Source: Eledone cirrhosa
Lineage: Eukaryota
Length of the DNA stretch: 64,000 bases
Assembly: GCA_964016885.1 (NCBI GenBank)
Contig: OZ024742.1
Span: forward strand, 296,112,001-296,176,000
Direction of reading: 5' to 3'
The translations under genes and the position numbers were made by a program. The notes beneath the pieces are model-generated. The model was given only the letters and a program-made list of their open reading frames with translations. It did no database searches and was not told where the DNA came from. Numbering within the stretch: the first letter of the stretch is position 1; every line of letters starts with the position of its first letter. Shown here one piece after another: positions 50,955 through 64,000 of the stretch.

Positions 50955-52547
50955 CATCAGCCATTTTACCATATATATATATCCTCCACATCATCATCAT
51001 TTAATATCTACTTTCCCTGCTAACAATGTTGATGTTGAACTAGTCTTCACAGCTGATTCAGTACTGAAGCAGAGGTACTGACTTATTAGACAAGCTAGGG
51101 GTCTCTCTCTTTCTATATATATATATACACACACACACACCCTTGCTAGCAGGAACAGTGGATGTTAAAATGACAATGGTGATGATGATATATTATACTA
51201 GCAGTTGTACCTAATGTTGTTGAAGGAATAGATGACTCAGTCAGTGGACATACTAACTGGAAATAATAACTGCATCTCTGCATAAATATATTATTTGAAA
51301 CATTTATATTTAGTGTGTGTATGTTGTGTGTATGCATGCACAAGATTTCTTGCATTGGTCCCACAACATAGTACCTCAGGAAATAGAGATTGATAATAAG
51401 CAATAGATTAAGATAAATCCTGGCACCAAGGTGATTGACTAAACTCTTTAAGATGTTGCCCTATATGACTGCCGTTCAGTTAAATGACTGAAACCAAAAC
51501 ATTGAAAGATCTGATTTATCTTTATTGTTCATTTACTTTATTGATTGTTTATGTATGAAATTGCTAGGGAGGCTCCTTTTGACAGGTTTTTATTACCCAG
51601 GGAACCTAATTAGAAGTGGGTGAAAATTCTCTAAGTCTAAAATCATCAGATATTTGCTGACATTTGGACTTTCGACTCATGGTGGAGTTGTAGGGCTGCT
51701 GCCTTAAATATTTTAAACTTGGAAGATCCCATCCCCCTACTGTATTGAACATAGATGATTGCTAGCAGAGAACAACATGGAAAGAGAGAAAAGATGAGAG
51801 AGGAGAATCGGCTCTAGTACTGGTTTGGTACTTTATTGACCTTAGAAGGATGAAAGGCGAAGTTGATCACAGTGAGATTTGAATTCAGAGCACAGAGAGC
51901 CAGAATGAATATCACAAAGCATTCTGACATTCTGATGAGTATGCTTTCTAATTTATTATATAATATTTGTTATTAATGGTGATTGTTTTACTTAGAGTTT
52001 TGCTGAAGTCACCAGCTTACCAAAAGTCATAATATATACTGTTTTAAATATGTACTTAGTAGTAGTTTATCAAATGCATTTAATTTTACATATCTCAAAA
52101 TATTAACTGACATTTCATATAAGTTATTTTAATCTAATAATTTTCTACAATTCAACAAATTGTAAATGTTTACTTTAATTTTTGCTTTATGGAAGGGAAA
52201 ATTTAACATAATTGAAAATATTCTTATCTGTAGCTATAGGGAATTACTTTCATGTATCATTATAATACAAAATGAACTTTGTCTTCATTTTTTGTTGGTG
52301 AAATCAATATCTTAAATAGTTTTAAATAGTAATACCAAAATCTGCAATTTATCTCTTTTACTCTGATACCAATAATTTCTAAAACACTCTTTTGTGTTTT
52401 TAAACTAACTTTATTTTAAAACTAACTTTATTATCTCTGCAGTACAAATTGTTGTTTAAGCTTTAAAATGACGGTTTACTAGTTTACATAAGAGAAAAGC
52501 AATTCATAGATTATAGCTGTTTATATATTGATTCTTCTCAGTTGTAA

Positions 52548-52768
52548 TAATTGTTTCTACTTTAGGCACAAGGCCAGCAGTTTGAAGAGGAGGGAAAAAT
52601 TGATTAAATCGACCCCAGTGCATTACTGGTGCTTTATTTTATCGATCCTCTAAGGATGAAAGGCAAAGCTAACCTCGGCAGGATTTGAACTCAGATCATT
52701 AAGGGGTGCAACTCTATGCTGCTAAACATGGTGTCCGACACTCTACTGATACTGCCAATCCACTGCCC
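52548..52768 (-). mobile_element. tRNA-derived SINE (Meta-domain-like core)
   Basis: Full-length reverse-complement match to the 11835-12020 family. Confidence 0.8.
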
Positions 52769-54893
52769 TATATCAGTTGTAATAATAACAAATAGATTTA
52801 ATCTATGGCAGCAAGTTGTTCTTACTGTTCACCTTTCCATTAATTCAATAGCAAAAGTCAATTAACGCATAAAATCCTGTAATTAGCAGGAAATATCTAA
52901 AAATGGGTTAATTCGAATGTTTGTAGTATCTTTACTAATGGACATGTCATTGTGAAAATTTGCTGTAAACTAATATAAACATTTTAATTTTCAATGTGAT
53001 GCAGTCAGTGATATTTTGTACTTTCAAGAATGTCTTGCTAATGTGGTTTCATGCACAACAGAATGTTAAGAGCTAATTTCATTTTGTTTGGAATTTTCAA
53101 ATCATTATCATTTCAAAATTCATTATGAAACTATTAGCAGTAGTTTTCTCCAGGCCCTGTAATGCTACCACTATATACTTTTACTGTGGTACTTTACACA
53201 ACCTTCAGAGCCTTTCTGTTGTTAGCGTCAATGTTTTTCTTTTTTTATCTCATCATCATTATTTGTATATCTATTTTCCATGCTGATATGAGTTGTTCAG
53301 GACTTTTTGAGGTAGAATTCTGTGGATTGATGCCCCTTCCTGACACTTATTCACACTTGTTTTCTCAGTATGGTTAGGATCTGTACATGCTTAACTGCTA
53401 TACTGTAGCTCTTTTGTTTATGTGGGACATAAGCAAATATTACTGTCTATTCTAGTGATATCAAATGTGACGAGAAAAGACAGATAGAAACAAAGAAACA
53501 CACACACACAGTCACACACATTCACACACACACACACTCACACTCACGCACACACACACACGCTCATACATGCTCACACTTGCTCACACATACACTCACA
53601 CATGCTCACTCACATTCACACATGCACATCACACACACACACGCACACATTCAAACAGTGAGCTTCTTTATAATTTCCATCTTCAAAACTCACTCACAAG
53701 GCATTGGTCAAGTTGCTATGCAGTAGAATAGAACCTGAAAACACAAGGTTGCCAGAAAAGGTAATAACTCCCTGAACTGAATTTGTTCTACCTTATTCTT
53801 ATTCCAGCACATTTCAAACTGATTCTATTGCTTCATTTCAAATAAAGAAACATTATTTTCCAATTTTTTTACATAAAAACACAACAAAGGACACTTCAAC
53901 CAATTCTTGTTCAAAATTAAAAGAATTGGCAGACCTTGACTTTCGCCTTTTCTGCAGTCTGAAAAAAAAAACAAAAAAAATATCGAATTACTACTAATAC
54001 CCCCCCCAAAAGAGGGGGGGGGGGGTATTGAATTACTGTTAACACCAGGAAGAAGAAAGAAAGATATTGAATTGTTGTTAGTCATAGAAAAAAATCTGTA
54101 ATGGTCTCAATTCAGTGAATTTTTTAAATTAAATTTATTTCTCTGTTTTTCTCCTTTACTAGTTTCTTTAATTAGACTGTGGTCATACTGTGCCTCTACC
54201 TCGAAGGCTTTATTTGATCATATCGATCCCAGTACTTATTTTTTCAATATTTTTTTCTGATTTCTTTTTACTTTTATGGACATAAAATTAATTTAAATGA
54301 GAATGCTGAAGTAATTGCTGGTGTCACCTTTTTGCTAAAATTGCAGTTATTCCAGTATCTCTTTTCACATCTCTTCTCCAATTCTTACTTCTTTTCTTCC
54401 ACTAGTCATTCTCATAGTTGACCCTTTCACACCCCTCCACTTTACACCATTGTCTCTACATAACCCCTCCACTGCACACCACTGTCTCTCTACATAACCC
54501 TTCCATTAAACTTCCTTCTTTATTTGTTGATATCCTACTTATTAATCCAAAAGATACAAATAGATAATAAATCCTCACATATTTCTTAATTCATATTATA
54601 ACTGTACAGTTTTTTTATGTCTGTCACACAAATATTGCTCAATCAAAGATATTCAAAATGTTTATTTATAATTTATGGATGTAAGATAAACTTCAACAAA
54701 TGTCAGCCAAGCAGGGAGAGTTGCTGAGATGCTGAAAGCATCTGGGGGCAGTGGCCAACATGTATAGTAAATAATTAAATAATATTGAACCAAGTGTACA
54801 AGCATCATAAAAACTTGTAAGATGTCTGTGTACAAGTATCATACTACCAGCAGAACTAATAGTTCACTCATGCACATATACACATGTGCACAC

Positions 54894-55118
54894 GGTACAC
54901 TTTGTAAAGTGATAGTGCTGGTGCCATGATAAAATGCGATCAGTACACTTTGTAAAGTGGTAGTGCTGGGGCCATGATAAAATGCATTCAGTACATTTTG
55001 TAAAGTGATAGTGCTAGTGCCTTGATAAAATGCTCTCAGTACACTCTGTAAAATGTTAGTGCTGGTGCTATGATAAAACGTACTCAGTACACACTGTAAT
55101 GTGGTTGTACTAGTGCCA
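54894..55118. repeat. 44-bp tandem repeat, ~5 copies
   Basis: gtacactttgtaaagtgatagtgctggtgccatgataaaatgc..tca. Confidence 0.85.
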
Positions 55119-55489
55119 ATCTTCTGAACCCCTGAAAATAAAATATAACAGTGTTTTCCTTATAATAGTTACAGTATTATTACTATAACTGCATAGCATT
55201 AAGAATGTAAATTAAATAAAACTTATACCATTCACTGACAGTACTTTACACACATTGATTTTTATTCTACTTTGTTAACTATAGTTGTTTATAATGATTC
55301 ATGTATTTATTCATGCTTGCTTACTCTTCATTGTTTCTTCTACTCATGGATAGATAACTCTGATTTTATGCTATATTGTAAATATGTTGTTATTGTCCTG
55401 AAGGAACAGAATTAATTGGAACTGATTTTAGTATTTCTTATCTGACTTCAATTAGACATTATATAACTATTATTAAACAGACATGCACA

Positions 55490-55513
55490 CACATATATAT
55501 ATATTACAATATA

Positions 55514-55553
<40 letters not shown>

Positions 55554-56120
55554 ATATAATATATATATATATATATAATAATATAATATATATATATATA
55601 ATAATAATATAATATATATATATATATATATATATAATAATATAATATATATATATATATATATAATAATATAATATATACACATACATATATATATAAT
55701 ATAATATATACACATATATATATATCATAATATATACACATATATATATATAATAATATAATATATACACATACATATATATATATCATAATATATACAC
55801 ATATATATATATTATAATATAGTATATACACATACATATATATATATATATTGTAATATAGTATATACACATACATATATATATATATTATAATATAGTA
55901 TATACACATACATATATATATATATATATTGTAATATAGTATATACACATACATATATATATATATTGTAATATAGTATATACACATACATATATATATA
56001 TATATTGTAATATAGTATATACACATACATATATATATATATATTGTAATATAGTATATACACATACATATATATATATATATTATAATATAATATATAC
56101 ATATATATATATTATAATAT
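55490..56120. repeat. TA-rich micro/minisatellite
   Basis: (TA)n plus ~39-bp ttgtaatatagtatatacacatacatatata units. Confidence 0.9.
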
Positions 56121-56589
56121 AATCATCATCATCATCATTTTACGTCCGCTTTTCCCTGCTTGCAAGATACACAAACATATATATGTGTATATATATATGT
56201 AGATAGATAGATATATGTGGACATAAAATGATAATGATGATGGTGTGTGTATATTATACATTTATAATGCACACATGTATATTACATGCATATTATATCA
56301 GAAAAAAACAGGTGTAAAATGATCTGTATGTATGTGTGTATCATGGAAAGCGGATGTTAAAACGACAATATATATATATATAATTACTGCATGCAAGAGT
56401 TATATTTTTAACCATTTAAAACTGCACAAAAACTTAATGTCAAAATGTTTGCTGCACTCACTGATGCATATATAATAAATTAAGTTTTTTTATGATTTTA
56501 AATAGCAAAAATGACTCTTCCATTATGTAATTATTTTAGTTTGAACAGACAATCTCAGATTATATATATACATATATATATATATATAT

Positions 56590-57305
56590 CATCATCATCA
56601 TCATCATCAACGTTTAACATCCGTGTTCCACACTTGCATGGGTTTGGAAGGGGGTTTTGCCACTTGAGGCAAGAGTGATTGTCTTGCTCGCATAGGACTG
56701 TCTGGCGGGTTTTCTACAGCTGGATGCACTTCCTAACACCAACCACATTTACAGTGTGGGGCTGGGAGGTTTTTACCATGTTGCCTACACGGCCACATTA
56801 CAGCGTGGACTGTCTGGCGGGTTTTCTACAGCTGGATGCCCTTCCTAACACCAACCACATTCACAGTGTGGGGCTGGGAGGTTTTTACCGTGTTGCCTAC
56901 ATGGCCACATTACAGCGTGGACTGTGTGTTTTTTTGTCGTGACACCTACACGGTCTCATTTGTTTCGACCTGGATGTTGTGGCACCAACATAACTTTACA
57001 TTGAAAGGGGCGGTGTGGATGGCGTGGGAGTGATGGGACGGAGGTGTATTTTGTTAGAGATGCCTACTGACTGTAGTAGGTTTTACTTTGTATTTAGGTT
57101 AGGTGGGTCTTCTCTATTACTGAGTACCGCCAAAGGTCTCGGTCCAGTGACATTGTCTTGGAGAGGTGTAAGTGTGTGAGGTCAGAATTTATCAGCTCGT
57201 CCCAGGTTTTTCTGGGTCTGCCTACTCCGTGGCTACCGTCTATCTTTATTGCCCTGCACTTTGTTATACAGCTATCGTCTTTCATGCGCATCACGTGACC
57301 ATACC
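56590..57305 (-). mobile_element. RTE-clade LINE 3' fragment
   Basis: WYGHVMRMKDDSCITKCR..GVGRPRKTWDE; 3' UTR with an internal ~113-bp duplication; (GAT)n tail. A related piece lies at 16850-17130. Confidence 0.85.
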
Positions 57306-57920
57306 AAAACTCGAGAAGTACCCAACCGATATTTTTCAAAGTTTACATGTGTATTACTTATGTTTCAGGGAGTGTTATGCACATAAAATTAAACTTTTTG
57401 ATCCCCTAGGGCCCGTATTAGGTGAAAAACTGCGTTTTTCAGGTTTTTAGAGTTTTTTGAGGTGTTACGTCAGACTGATTTCCTTGAATTGTAACTATAT
57501 GCAAGCATGGAAGATGGACGTTAAACGATGATGATGATGATGATGATGTATTAGTCAGTCTCTACTTCATACTGTGAGCAAAGAAAATCCAACTTTTCTA
57601 TGGCCTAGGGCCTTCACTAGGTGAAAAACTTCATTTTTTCAGCTTTTTAGGGCGTTTTGGAGGTGTTTCGTCTAGCATATTTTCCCGAAATTTCAAGGCA
57701 TATTATGCACATAAAAAAATTCATTTTCTTTATCCCCTAAGATCCATTAGGTGAAAACCTGCATTTTTCCTGCTTCATCGAGGAAAATCTTAAAGATTAT
57801 CCAGCCATCAGAGTATTCGGTTTATTTTCTTTACATATTGTCCAGGCATGTAGTTTTTCCACGATTAGGTCTGTTGGCGGCCCGCGTTCCAAAATACCTT
57901 ATCCCGGGTACCACTGCTAG
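57306..57920 (+). mobile_element. possible non-autonomous Helitron
   Basis: aaccgatatttttcaaa core-like motif, internal repeats, and a GC-rich subterminal segment ending ccactgCTAG|t. Confidence 0.4.
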
Positions 57921-58169
57921 TATATATATATATATATCCCTCTAGATTAAGCAACTATGCCACTTCTTCTTCCCAGATTTTTCTCCTCACTCTCAGAATT
58001 ACAGAACAGTACCAGACAGAAACATTAGATTGTTCATTACAGTAACTAAACTTAACCAAATCTCTCTCTTAAGAGCTATGTATAATTATTACAATCGCAG
58101 ACAATCGCCAAATTTCAGATTTTAACTTTGGATATTTTGTTTCAGAATATGGCAAAGCAAGTAACTGAC

Positions 58170-58612
58170 TTGGTTGACACACACAACATTATTAACCATC
58201 TTTCCAACAATAACCCTGAATACCTTTTTGAATTCCATATGTCTAACATCCGTAGACATGCTTACAAAATCAGAAAACAGCACAGCTCCCATGTCTTTTG
58301 AAAATATTTTTTCACTCTCACTGTTGCTGAAGCATGGAACAAACTACCTGCATCAGTTGTTAGCTGTCAGGACACTGCATCCTTCAAACCTTCCATGCTT
58401 CCAGAGATTCTCCAACACTGCACCTGATATCTCCTTTCCATACACATGCATGCATGTGTATGTGTTTCTGTGTGTATATCATGACTCATACACTGTTCAC
58501 TTTCCTGACTTTTGTACCTTATTCTATGTACTATACATGCACCTTTGATGAGTTGTAGTGCACCTGAGCACTGTACACAATAATTTTCATTATTATCATT
58601 ATTATTATTATT
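58170..58612 (+). mobile_element. CR1-clade LINE 3' fragment
   Basis: Homologous to the reverse complement of 31185-31590; (ATT)n tail. Confidence 0.8.
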
Positions 58613-60115
58613 AACACATCACTTGACAGTTAAATACAGTTGATTTATTTATATATATATATGAGGGTTCCAACTATTAAGCTAAATGACCTCTGTAACA
58701 AATTCTATTTAAATTAGGAGCTTTATGAACAGCTGTTTATATAGGCTTTCTGTTTCCTTCCTTGCTAAGTGTACCTGACACCTACCTTCTCTTCTAGCTT
58801 CTTGTTATTATTCTCTGCTTTCCCCATTTTGCTAATTATTCCATACCTGTTTCTTATTTTTAATTGCCTCATTCACCCTACTAATCTACCATCATATCAG
58901 CCAAAGATCTCATATCTCGCTTTCAGCACGTTATCCCACAAAAAACCCACCATTCTTCTAAAACCAAAGAAGTTCCATTCATTTTTAGTTTATGTGTCTA
59001 AATTCATTAGCTCATGTGACAATTTCTTTAGTTCTGGTGTCATAATAAAATACACTCAGTACACCTTTTAAAGCACTAGGGTTGGAGCCACAAAAGCAAG
59101 CATACCCTGTATTCTCTGTTAAATGGTAGTGGTAGGGTCATGAAAATGCACCCAGACACTCTGTAAGGTAGTTGGCATTAGAAAGGGCATACAGCCATAG
59201 AAACCATGCCAAATATGGAACATATGACCCAGAGGTTGCTTCAAACTGTTTGGTTACAGACCAAGATAACCCATCCAACCCATGCTGGCATGGCAAGCAG
59301 ATGTAACATGACAATGATAATAATGAGCACCTTCGTTCTTCTAGTACACTACCTATTTTTGGAAATCCTTATTCAACTAAACATTCTCATTATTTTCACA
59401 ACTTTATATATAACTATATTTCTCATGTTAAAGAAAGCTTTATTATAGAAATCTACTCCCTCTTTCTCTCACACAGACATTCTTTCTCTCTCTAAACAGG
59501 TGATGTTCCTTTCTATCTATATCTATGTACATCTCTTTCGTTTGGCGCTCCCCCTCTCTCTCTATAGATGAGGGCAACGTCATAACTTTCTGTCTAGCTA
59601 CCTCTTTCTGTCACCTCAAAAACACATGCCATTCCCTTTTCTCTCTCTATCTATGTACATATCTCTTGCTTGGCACTCCCCCTCTCTATATAAAGTGAGT
59701 GTGATGGGCAGATGAATGGACAGACGGACAGACAGCACCCGTATTATAATATAGATTAAAGGAAGATATTAATTATGGCATGTTGTTCCTAATTCCACTT
59801 TCTTCCACTTCACAACTACTTTACATTCTGAAAATAATTGTCACATGCTACACTAAGACCAACTTTGTTACCTTGGCAACAATCTTATTACTGTTGATAA
59901 TTATAAAGAAAGAATGTTTAGTTATATTATAAATTGTTAGAAAATTGATCCAGTTTGTTTTCTTCTTTTTGGTGTGAGCACACACACACACACACACATA
60001 CACACACAGATACACACACACAGATACACATGTGTGTGCATGTTTTCTTCCTCATTTACAAATAATCATTTTTCTCAATTATATAAAGATGGGTAAAGAG
60101 ATGGATAGATAGATA

Positions 60116-60251
60116 TATTTCTTTTATTTGCCACTAGGGCATCAAAAGTGGGACAAGTACAAAGGGGGGAGTTTACACAAAAAGGCGTCCTCAATAAGGA
60201 GGAGGCAATAACAAAATATAAAAATAAAATAAGATATAACAAAAAATAAAA
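60116..60251 (-). mobile_element. extreme 3' fragment of the same Tx1 family, with TSD
   Basis: Near-identical to the reverse complement of 28317-28450. Flanked by aaagagatggatagatagata at 60095-60115 and 60249-60269. Confidence 0.88.
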
Positions 60252-60835
60252 GAGATGGATAGATAGATAGTTAGATGGAAGGATAGAGAGACAGTGAAAG
60301 ACAATGAGAGAGAGAGGGTGGATGAACTGATAATTGGGTTGATGAATAGATAGGACTAATAGATGGAAAGAAAGATAGATTGATAGATAGACTCATAGAT
60401 AGAGAGGTAGAGGGAGACTAGATGTGTAAGGAAGATCTTGTCTTGCTCAAAGTTCCATATTTAACATGGTTTCTATGGCTGGATGTCCTTCCTAACATCA
60501 AACACCTTACAGGGTATACTGAGTGCATTTCACTATGGCACCCATACTGTCACTTTACAGAGTGTTCAGAGTACATTTTATCATGGCACCAGTACCAGAG
60601 AGTTGTTATATGCTTGGTCAGATTGAAGAGTCCCTTATCCCTTATATATTCTGTTTGATTGCCAACCATATAAAGTTGACTGAGTGCTTTCTCTAAAGGC
60701 ATCAACCTTGTCTCAGTGTTCTCTTTTGGCAAAGGTAATCTCACCCACAGCAGGCTAAGAGACTTCACCACTCTACTCTCTGATCTCTTGCCATATTTAC
60801 TTTTAGTATATGGAATAGACTTGGTGATACACCCT

Positions 60836-60885
<50 letters not shown>

Positions 60886-61015
60886 CATACATACACAGAT
60901 GGCCGACTGAATACGTATGTGGTTTTTTTTTTCCCCAGAATTTTTTTTATCGTTTTTCCCTGTTCCTTCCTTTCTTCACTCTTTACTTTCTATTTATCTT
61001 CTATTTCTAACTCTT

Positions 61016-61050
61016 TCTTTTGTTAAGAACTAGTGTCCGAAAAGTTAAGA
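61016..61050 (+). ncRNA. degenerate hammerhead-like relic
   Basis: tctt-TTGTTAA-gaac-tagt-gtcc-GAAA-ag-TT-aaga. Topology fits, but there are several core and stem defects. Confidence 0.3.
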
Positions 61051-61133
61051 CTCACTTCCTGCTATTTCAAGCGTCAAACTAATATATTTCTTCCATGTGC
61101 TGTGCTGTTTGTTTTGTTATTTTTGTTTGCATA

Positions 61134-61235
61134 CAAGGTGTCCCCCAAAAATGTATACATACTTCAACAGCATTCTAATAATTATTGCCTGTACAGGTAA
61201 TTAAAGTGTGTATACATTTTTTGGGGGACACCCTG
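61134..61235. mobile_element. Tc1/mariner-type MITE
   Basis: ca(a/g)ggtgtcccccaaaaatgtatac TIRs with TA flanks. Confidence 0.78.
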
Positions 61236-62311
61236 TATATATCTATATATATTCTAAAGGGTTGTAAAGAAATTTGTCACACTCAATGTTGTTACTGTTT
61301 CCTATTGTAACTATGAGGTTGTGTATTTAATTTTTCTATCTAAGTTATTTAAAAAGAAATATATTGCTGCACTTACATATACCATCGCTATGATTTGAAT
61401 TGTGTCTTCTAATATGGTGACATCTCTTAAATAAAAACTCTAACTTTTCATGTTGTCGTAATAAGATTAAAAGGAAGTATACCTGTATCTGAGTATAAAA
61501 TTCCAATTTCATTTAAACCTGCTGTAGGCCAGAAAATGTAATCTGTATTGCTACAGGAATTCGGCTGGTGTAAATTATCCTTCTTTTCCATATTCACTGA
61601 ATACTCAGTTAATATTGTGTAAAGTAATGTGATATAGTGAGCAGAGTTTTACATGTAATTCCCACATGAAAAATAGGAACAAGATTGGAATAAATAAATA
61701 AATAAATAGTTCCATAGAAGATTGTTGCTACAGAAGTAGTTTGCTGGAGTCTTCCCCATTACCAAAGCTAAAAGCTTAATGTTATATATTCAATATGTAG
61801 CAAATATATTTTAATGTTTCTGACGACAGTGATTTATTTAAACCTATGTGTGCATGGATGTAACTCTTGACTACTTCACCTTCACTTCAGTGAAGTTTTA
61901 AAATAGAAGTGGTATATATTCAATGAGTGGCAAATATATTAATCTTACATTCAATATGTAGCAAATATATCTAAAACTATGTATGGATTTAATTTTTAAC
62001 TGCGTCACTCATGTTATAAAGTAGAGATTGAAACCTTTTAAAAGTATTATAAAACAGACAAAACTTTCAAGTTCAACTTAAGAAATAGTAACTATGTAAA
62101 CAGCACATTTTTACTTCTATGGTTCCTTTCCATTAGTCAGAAATGGTATAATTAATTTTACTTCACACTTTTACTTCTCTATAAGCAGACATGCTCATAA
62201 GCAAAGTTCCTCAAGTTATATTCTTGCTGCATATGTAGGAATATTTCTGTTAGATAATTACATGCAGGTATGGCTGTATAGTTAATACTTTTCATAACAA
62301 CATCTGGTTCT

Positions 62312-62511
62312 NNNNNNNNNNNNNNNNNNNNNNNNNNNNNNNNNNNNNNNNNNNNNNNNNNNNNNNNNNNNNNNNNNNNNNNNNNNNNNNNNNNNNNNNN
62401 NNNNNNNNNNNNNNNNNNNNNNNNNNNNNNNNNNNNNNNNNNNNNNNNNNNNNNNNNNNNNNNNNNNNNNNNNNNNNNNNNNNNNNNNNNNNNNNNNNNN
62501 NNNNNNNNNNN
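62312..62511. other. assembly gap (200 N)
   Basis: Run of N. Confidence 1.
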
Positions 62512-64000
62512 TACCAACGCTTGATTGGGTCTACTCCACCCCTCCCCTCTTTCTCCTACTGGCAGGTTTAGCCACCATCTCCCCTACTAATTTGCAACCA
62601 CAGAATTACTACTGATTTTTGACAATCACTTTGACCATATATGGAATTACCCCTTGAGAAGATCGGCTATTTAAATACCAGGATAAATGTTCATTTAGTC
62701 CAGAATTAGCCGTCGAAACGGCTTGAGCTCAGCTGTCGGGGTCTTACTGGTTCCTATTACCCACTCTACTACCTCAAGTATTGAGTACTTTGGTGCGTTA
62801 TGGTCCACCTGGTTCCTTACCACATTTCCTTCGTTATCTAGCTCCTACTCCCGTAGTAGAGCACTTTCCGACCCTACCACGCCGTATCCAGACTTTTCCG
62901 CTAAGCTCAATTCATTTCACCGCACCATGCGAAAACACAACATTGACTTCTCTACCAAGAACATCCCAATCCCACCGAAAAAACTTTACCTTCGGATGCT
63001 CACGCAAAAAATTGATCTATTTGCGAAAAGACTTAGATTGAGAACTTTTTTCTATGACAGATATTGCGACAACCAAGACCTCGGCACCAAGGAGAGATTC
63101 GGATTTATTACCTACAAATCTCCGCCCCTGAACCCCTTGCTCGCACCCTTCGAGAATGACCTCTTCCAACTGGTCAAGAACATTAAATTTAAACCCAGAC
63201 ACAACCGATTCCTACAAAAACTCGTAGCAACTTAACAGAGTATGATAACACAAATGACATCATGGTGCATTCGGATAAAACTGGGAACCTATACTTTGTC
63301 AACCCTGACAGATACCACACACTGATACACGAGCAGCCTAAACTCCACTATAAAAGGCCAACCACTCTGCATCGAGGACATAAATCGAGATGGACAACAA
63401 ATCACCTCCAGCCTCGGGTCGCCGACCGCACGGAACCTCTAGACCCACGGACACCATACTTCACACTGAAGGACCATAAACCCGATTTTGACCGTAAACC
63501 CTCCATCAGGCTTATTAACCCAACGAAGTCCGACATAGGGAGAATCAGCAAAATAATCCTAGACCGCGTGATACAAAAGTCAAGCAACACACCCGACTTA
63601 GCCTATGGATCAACACCCAGGAAGTAATCTCCTGGTTCAGCAATATGGAGGATAAACGAGAAACTAAATTCATACAGTTCGACATAGAGAGCTACTATGC
63701 TTCAATCACCTTACCGCTACTTACTGCCGCCTTGGACTTCGCCGAAACACTCGTGCCATCACCGACCAGGAAAGAAAAATCATCCTCCACGCCAGGAAGA
63801 CAGTCTTACTCTTTGACGACTCTAAATGGATAAAAAGAGCTCCCGACTCACCCTTCGACGTCAGCATGGGCGCCACGGATTCGCGGAGGTCACTGATCTT
63901 ATAGGATTATTCCTAATAGCCAAACTCACTGATATGTTTCCTGCATTCGGTGTGGATTGTACCGTGATGATGGGCTCCTTACCCTTAAAGGGTACAACCC
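62512..64000 (+). mobile_element. Penelope-like retroelement (Naiad-type): 5' repeat plus frameshifted RT ORF running off the window
   Basis: ATG at 62927. FSTKNIPIP..YLRML..RLRLRTFF..FGF..PP..FENDL..NIKF; SDKTGNLY; TLKDHKPDF..IRLINPTKSDIGRISK; FIQFDIESYYASI; FDVSMG; GLYRDDGL at ~63954-63977. Several frameshifts. Confidence 0.9.
62649..62742 (+). ncRNA. type I hammerhead ribozyme, U3-A8 core variant, upstream of the PLE ORF
   Basis: acccc-TTGAGAA-gatcggcta-[37 nt]-tagccgtc-GAAA-cggct-tgagctc-agctg-TC^ggggt. All three stems pair; predicted cleavage after 62737. Confidence 0.75.

Overview
AT-rich, gene-poor, repeat-dense animal DNA; its SINE/RTE repertoire and (TA)n/(CAT)n load look octopod-cephalopod (inference). 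No complete host gene is visible: only two possible small + strand exons (284-376, 4791-4841). Most listed ORFs are microsatellite artefacts. Real coding remnants all belong to mobile elements: a young Tx1/L1-clade LINE (24510-28451), RTE, CR1 and CRE-type LINE fragments, a decayed mariner, MITEs, tRNA-SINEs, and three Penelope-like elements (PLEs) of Naiad type. The ORF track misses the main signal, a dense set of type I hammerhead ribozyme (HHR) motifs. There are about 14 intact or partial copies from about 8 apparent families, most with palindromic (dimer-type) stem III. Most sit in fold-back elements (outward-facing inverted arms) next to TA microsatellites. Three unrelated families carry a compensated UUGANAA (U3-A8) core instead of CUGANGA, one carries CCGUCGA in both arms, and one sits in a ~452-nt retrozyme-like repeat unit. 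All structures were paired by eye and are untested.
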